Shown one piece after another: positions 58,461 to 64,000 of a stretch of DNA of 64,000 nt. Where the stretch lies: assembly GCA_964291675.2 (NCBI GenBank), contig OZ219866.1:2656001-2720000 (forward strand), given 5' to 3'. The DNA comes from Alphaproteobacteria bacterium. GTDB taxonomy: Bacteria > Pseudomonadota > Alphaproteobacteria > MPNO01. Below the pieces are notes generated by a model that was given only the letters and a program-made list of their open reading frames with translations, searched no databases and was not told where the DNA came from. Positions within the stretch are counted from its first letter, which is position 1. Each line of letters starts with the position of its first letter. The position numbers and the translations under genes were made by a program.

Positions 58461-59363
58461 ATGGCCGGGCCCGTCACCGTCTTCGACCGTCCAGCCGTGC
58501 GCCGCCGGCGGGAACGCAGCGCCCGGCTCGGCGAGCGGGCGACATTCCTGCACGACGAGATCGCCGAACGCCTCGCCGACCGGCTGGACGATTTCGACCG
58601 GGTGTTCCGCCGCGTGCTCGTGCTGGGCGCCCTGAGCGACCGCCTGTGCGGCCTCGTCGCCGCGCGCACCGGGGTCGAGCTGGTCGCGGTCGCCGACGCC
58701 GCCGAGGCGCTGGCCAAGGGCCGCACCGGCATGGCGGTCGTCGCCGACGAGGAGGCCATCCCCTTCGCGCCCGGGAGCTTCGACCTCGTGCTCGCCGCGC
58801 TCAGCCTGCACGCGGTCAACGATCTCCCCGGCGCGCTGGCGCAAGTCCGCGATATCCTGGTCCCGGACGGGCTTTTGCTCGCCGCCCTGTTCGGCGGCGG
58901 GACCCTGCGCGAGCTGCGCCGCGTTCTGCTGGACGCGGAGAGCGAGGTCGCGGACGGCGCGAGCCCCCGCGTCGCGCCGTTCGCCGACACGCGCGACGCC
59001 GGCGCGCTGCTCCAGCGCGCGGGCTTCGCCCTGCCGGTTGCGGACAGCGACACGCTCTCCGTCACCTGGCCGGACGCGCTCGCCCTGATGCGCGACCTGC
59101 GCGCGATGGGCGAGGCGAATGCGCTGGCGGCGCGCAGCCGCACCCCCACGAGGCGGGCGGTCTTCGCGGCGGCGGCGGCGCGCTACCGGGCGCTGTTCGG
59201 CGACGCGGAAGGGCGTATCCCCGCCACCTTCCAGATCCTGTTCCTGACCGGCTGGGCGCCGTCCGCCGACCAGCAGCGCCCGCTCCGTCCCGGCAGCGCC
59301 GCCGCGCGGCTGGCCGAAGCGCTCGGCACCGAGGAACGTTCCGCCGGCGAACGGGCGGGCTAG
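58461..59363 (+). CDS. SAM-dependent methyltransferase (BioC/NDUFAF5-like)
   Basis: FDR...R, VVADEE.IPF, LHAVNDLPG, DLRAMGE, PATF.IL.L.GW.P. Confidence 0.88.
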   Translation: MAGPVTVFDRPAVRRRRERSARLGERATFLHDEIAERLADRLDDFDRVFRRVLVLGALSDRLCGLVAARTGVELVAVADAAEALAKGRTGMAVVADEEAIPFAPGSFDLVLAALSLHAVNDLPGALAQVRDILVPDGLLLAALFGGGTLRELRRVLLDAESEVADGASPRVAPFADTRDAGALLQRAGFALPVADSDTLSVTWPDALALMRDLRAMGEANALAARSRTPTRRAVFAAAAARYRALFGDAEGRIPATFQILFLTGWAPSADQQRPLRPGSAAARLAEALGTEERSAGERAG

Positions 59364-60604
59364 GCCGGGGCGGGCAGGGGCACGCCCATCCGGGGACGCT
59401 TTTCGTCCGGCTCCTCGCGGACCAGGAGGGCGAGCGCGGCGGCGAGCAGCGCGAGGCCGAGCGAGATCAGCCATACCCCCTCGTAACGCGCCGTGAGGTC
59501 GTAGAAGTAGCCGCCGAAGGCCGCGCCGAGCGCGGCGCCGATCGAATGCACGCCGAAGATCAGCCCCATCGACAAACCCATCATGCGGATCCCGACATGG
59601 GAGGCGATCAGGCTGGCAATCGGGGCGAGCGTCGCGAAGTTGAGGACGCCGAAGGCGACGGTGAAGACGAACAGGAGCGTCAGGCTCCCCGTCGTGTTGA
59701 GCAGGAGCACGAAGAGCAGCGCGCGCGCCGCGTACATCGCGGCCAGCAAACGAGCCCGGTGGAACCGGTCGGACAGCCAGCCGAACAGGATCAGCCCGAT
59801 CATGTTGCCGGCGCCGTGCGCGCCATGCGCCGCGGTCGAATCGACCAGGGCGAAGCCGCAACTCACCGCGTAGGGAACGAAATGGACGTCGAACACCCCC
59901 GCCGTGGTGAAGCCGCAGAGCACGAAAGAGCAGGACAGCAACACGAAGGTCCGGTTGCGCATCAGGATGGCGAGCCGGGCAACGAAGGTCGCCGCATCCG
60001 CATCGCCTTGCGCGCGTTCGCGGGGCCCGCGCCCCACCCCCTTGAGCAACAGCCAGGCGAGCGGGATCAGCGCCAGCAGCCCGAGCCCGAAGCTCAGATA
60101 GGCGCCGCGCCAGCCCAGCGCGACCACCAGCAGCGCCAGCAGCGTCAGCACCGGGAGCTGGCCCGCGGTCGAGCCCGACAGCGCGAAACCCGTCAACAGC
60201 CCGCTATGCCGTTTCAGCAGCTGTGCCATCATGGCGGTGACCAGCGGCAAGGAGATCGCGCCGTGGCCGACGCCGCCGATCACGCCGAACAGGAGCAGGA
60301 ACTCCCACTCGCGGGAGATCTGCGAGCTCGCCGCGATCGCCCCGCCCATGAAGACCAGCCCGCCCGCGAAGACGTGGCGCGGCCCGAAGCGGTCGATGAT
60401 GTCGCCCGCGACCGGGGAGATCAGCCCCATGATCACCAGCACCAGCGAGCTGCCGGTCGAGCTGAGGCCGCGCGACCAGCCGAGCTCGACCTCCCAGATC
60501 GGCATCAGCACGCCGACCGACGAGCGCGACGCGAAGGTGAGGCCGAGCGCGCAGAAGCAGAGCGCGATGATCGCCCAGACGCGGAGCGCCGAGGGTCCGG
60601 TCAC
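59360..60604 (-). CDS. MFS transporter
   Basis: About 12 TM; GDIIDRFGPR, GWLSDRF motif A; GTG start overlapping the mutT stop. Confidence 0.88.
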   Translation of the reverse strand: MTGPSALRVWAIIALCFCALGLTFASRSSVGVLMPIWEVELGWSRGLSSTGSSLVLVIMGLISPVAGDIIDRFGPRHVFAGGLVFMGGAIAASSQISREWEFLLLFGVIGGVGHGAISLPLVTAMMAQLLKRHSGLLTGFALSGSTAGQLPVLTLLALLVVALGWRGAYLSFGLGLLALIPLAWLLLKGVGRGPRERAQGDADAATFVARLAILMRNRTFVLLSCSFVLCGFTTAGVFDVHFVPYAVSCGFALVDSTAAHGAHGAGNMIGLILFGWLSDRFHRARLLAAMYAARALLFVLLLNTTGSLTLLFVFTVAFGVLNFATLAPIASLIASHVGIRMMGLSMGLIFGVHSIGAALGAAFGGYFYDLTARYEGVWLISLGLALLAAALALLVREEPDEKRPRMGVPLPAPA

Positions 60605-61020
60605 AGCAAATCCCGCAGCATCGCGACCAGCGGCCGGTCGGCGGGCGGCATCGGGTAGTCGCCGAGCCGCACCGGCCGGACCCATTTGAGGGCCTGGCCC
60701 TCGAGTGGACGCACCGAGCCGTTCCACACCCGGCAGACGAAGAGCGGCATCAGCAGGTGGAAGTCTTCGTAGCGGTGGGACGCGAAGGTGAAGGGGGCGA
60801 GGCAGTTCGCGGCGACGTCGATCCCGAGCTCCTCGCCGAGCTCGCGGATCAGCGCGCGTTCGGGAGTCTCGCCCGGGCCGACCTTGCCGCCCGGGAACTC
60901 CCACAGCCCGGCCATGGTCTTGCCTTCGGGGCGCTGCGCGATCAGCACCCGCCCGTCGGCGTCGACCAGCGCGGCGGCGGCGACCAGGACGACCGGGAGG
61001 TCAACTTCGGTAGTCGGCAT
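60601..61020 (-). CDS. mutT: 8-oxo-dGTP diphosphatase MutT (Nudix)
   Basis: WEFPGGKV..GETPE.ALIREL.EELG Nudix box. Confidence 0.92.
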   Translation of the reverse strand: MPTTEVDLPVVLVAAAALVDADGRVLIAQRPEGKTMAGLWEFPGGKVGPGETPERALIRELGEELGIDVAANCLAPFTFASHRYEDFHLLMPLFVCRVWNGSVRPLEGQALKWVRPVRLGDYPMPPADRPLVAMLRDLL

Positions 61021-62230
61021 TGATGTCGATATAGCCGTGCGTGAGGTCGCAGGTCCAAACCGTGGCCCGGCCGCGCCCCACCCCGACATCGATGCCGATC
61101 TCCACCTCCGAGCCGGCCAGATGCGCCGCCACCGGGGTCTCGTCATAGCCCTCGACCACCGCCTCGCCGTCGGTGATCTGCACGCCGCCCATGGAGATGG
61201 CGAGCGCGCCCACGTCGATGCGTTCGCGGGTCTTGCCCAGCGCGGCGACGATACGGCCCCAGTTGGCGTCGCTGCCGGCGATCGCTGTCTTGACCAGGGG
61301 GGAGTTGGCGACGGTAAGACCGATGCGCCGCGCCGCGGCCTCCGAGGTCGCGCCGGTCACGTGGATGGTGACGAGCTTGGTCGCCCCCTCGCCGTCGCGG
61401 ACGATCTGCCGGGCGAGGTCGCCGCAGACCGCGCCGAGCGCCTCCCGGAACGGGGAGAGGCGCGAATCGCGCCAATCGTCGATCGCCTCGTTGCCCGCCA
61501 GCCCGGTCGCGAACAGGAGCGCCATGTCGCTGGTCGAGGTGTCGCCGTCCACGGTGATCGCGTTGAACGAGCGGTTCACCGCCTGGCGCAGCAGCCGGTC
61601 CAGAACCGGCGCCGGAAGGCGGGCATCGGTGAACACGAAGGCGAGCATGGTCGCCATGTCGGGTGCGATCATGCCCGATCCCTTGGCGATTCCGGCGACC
61701 GTGACCGGCGCGTCCCCGATCCGGGCCGTCGCGCCGGCGCCCTTGGCGAAGGTATCGGTGGTGCGGATCGCCCCCGCCGCCCGCTCCCAGCCATCGTCGG
61801 CGAGCGACGCGGCGAGCGTCGGGATCGCCCCGGCGATGCGATCTATATTCGGCCGCACCCCGATCACCCCGGTGGAGGCCACCGCGACCGCGCGCTCGCC
61901 GCAGCGCAGCGCCGCGGCGGCGGCGCAAGCGGTGGCGGCGACGCACTCCGCGCCCGCCGGCCCGGTGAAGGCGTTGGCGTTGCCGGCATTGACCACCAGC
62001 GCCGCGGCGCGGCCCTCGGCCAGCATCGCGCGGGTCCACAGAACCGGCGGCGCGGCCGTCCTGGAGCGCGTGGTGACGCCGGCCACGGCCGTCCCCGGGG
62101 CGAGCTCGACCAGCAGCAGATCGTCGCGCCCGGCGTAGCGTTCGCCGCTGGCCCCGGCGGCAAGCCGGACGCCCGGAACCGGATCCAGCGCTGGAAAGCG
62201 GTCCGGCGCCAAGGGAGAAATATTCGCCAC
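61001..62230 (-). CDS. argJ: Bifunctional ornithine acetyltransferase / N-acetylglutamate synthase
   Basis: NAGNANA.TG, STGVIG, TTDTF.K, KGSGMIAPDMATML, DTSTSD, RDGEGA, TCDLT..YI.IN. Confidence 0.96.
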   Translation of the reverse strand: MANISPLAPDRFPALDPVPGVRLAAGASGERYAGRDDLLLVELAPGTAVAGVTTRSRTAAPPVLWTRAMLAEGRAAALVVNAGNANAFTGPAGAECVAATACAAAAALRCGERAVAVASTGVIGVRPNIDRIAGAIPTLAASLADDGWERAAGAIRTTDTFAKGAGATARIGDAPVTVAGIAKGSGMIAPDMATMLAFVFTDARLPAPVLDRLLRQAVNRSFNAITVDGDTSTSDMALLFATGLAGNEAIDDWRDSRLSPFREALGAVCGDLARQIVRDGEGATKLVTIHVTGATSEAAARRIGLTVANSPLVKTAIAGSDANWGRIVAALGKTRERIDVGALAISMGGVQITDGEAVVEGYDETPVAAHLAGSEVEIGIDVGVGRGRATVWTCDLTHGYIDINADYRS

Positions 62231-62445
62231 GGCTAGGGTTTCCCGATGCGGAGGTTTGTCGGATCGAAGGCTTATGCCGCGCCGCAGCGGCGATGTCCAT
62301 GGCGGCGCGGCGGCGGACCGATCGTCACACCCGCAGCCCTGTCCCTGGCGCCTCGTTGACAGCGCAATGAGGTACTCTTATCTGTGGAGAACCCCGGGAT
62401 CGCGCTCGCCCCGATACACCCGACAGCTCAGTCCGAGGAATCCCG

Positions 62446-64000
<1,555 letters not shown>

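Overview
High-GC window, apparently from an alphaproteobacterial chromosome (Rhodospirillales-like gene order; inference). It has four zones. (1) 1-12.6 kb: an aerobic-type cobalamin cluster (cobN partial, cobW, DUF1636, cobU/cobP, cobO, cobQ, cobD/cbiB, cobC, cobS, cobT, plus a nucleoside deoxyribosyltransferase-family gene). It is interrupted by a divergent LeuD/LeuC-like aconitase pair bracketed by REP-like palindromes, an AhpD/CMD protein and a NYN RNase with a structured leader. (2) 12.7-24.5 kb: a MarR-linked catabolic module with two Cys-type sulfatases, a TctABC transporter, an RNase Z-like MBL hydrolase, a MetE-like zinc enzyme and a ThDP enzyme, plus two matching palindromic operator candidates. 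(3) 24.9-35 kb: the most unusual region, a putative lipid/sterol-processing locus. It encodes a GPP34 (GOLPH3/Vps74-like)-cytochrome P450 fusion with a non-canonical I-helix, an FAD oxidoreductase, a LolA-like protein, an MMPL/RND transporter, a Neverland/KshA-like Rieske oxygenase, a YbdK-like ligase and a retinol-DH-like SDR. (4) 35.5-64 kb: dps, one znuA flanked by two znuCB pairs, and a conserved housekeeping block (clpB, prmC, prfA, hisS, rodZ, ptsP, lysC, ubiG, grxC, comF, mutT, argJ, secA partial) in which ispG is missing from its usual rodZ-ispG-hisS position. No rRNA, tRNA, CRISPR array or transposase was recognised. All calls come from motif reading by eye, not database searches.
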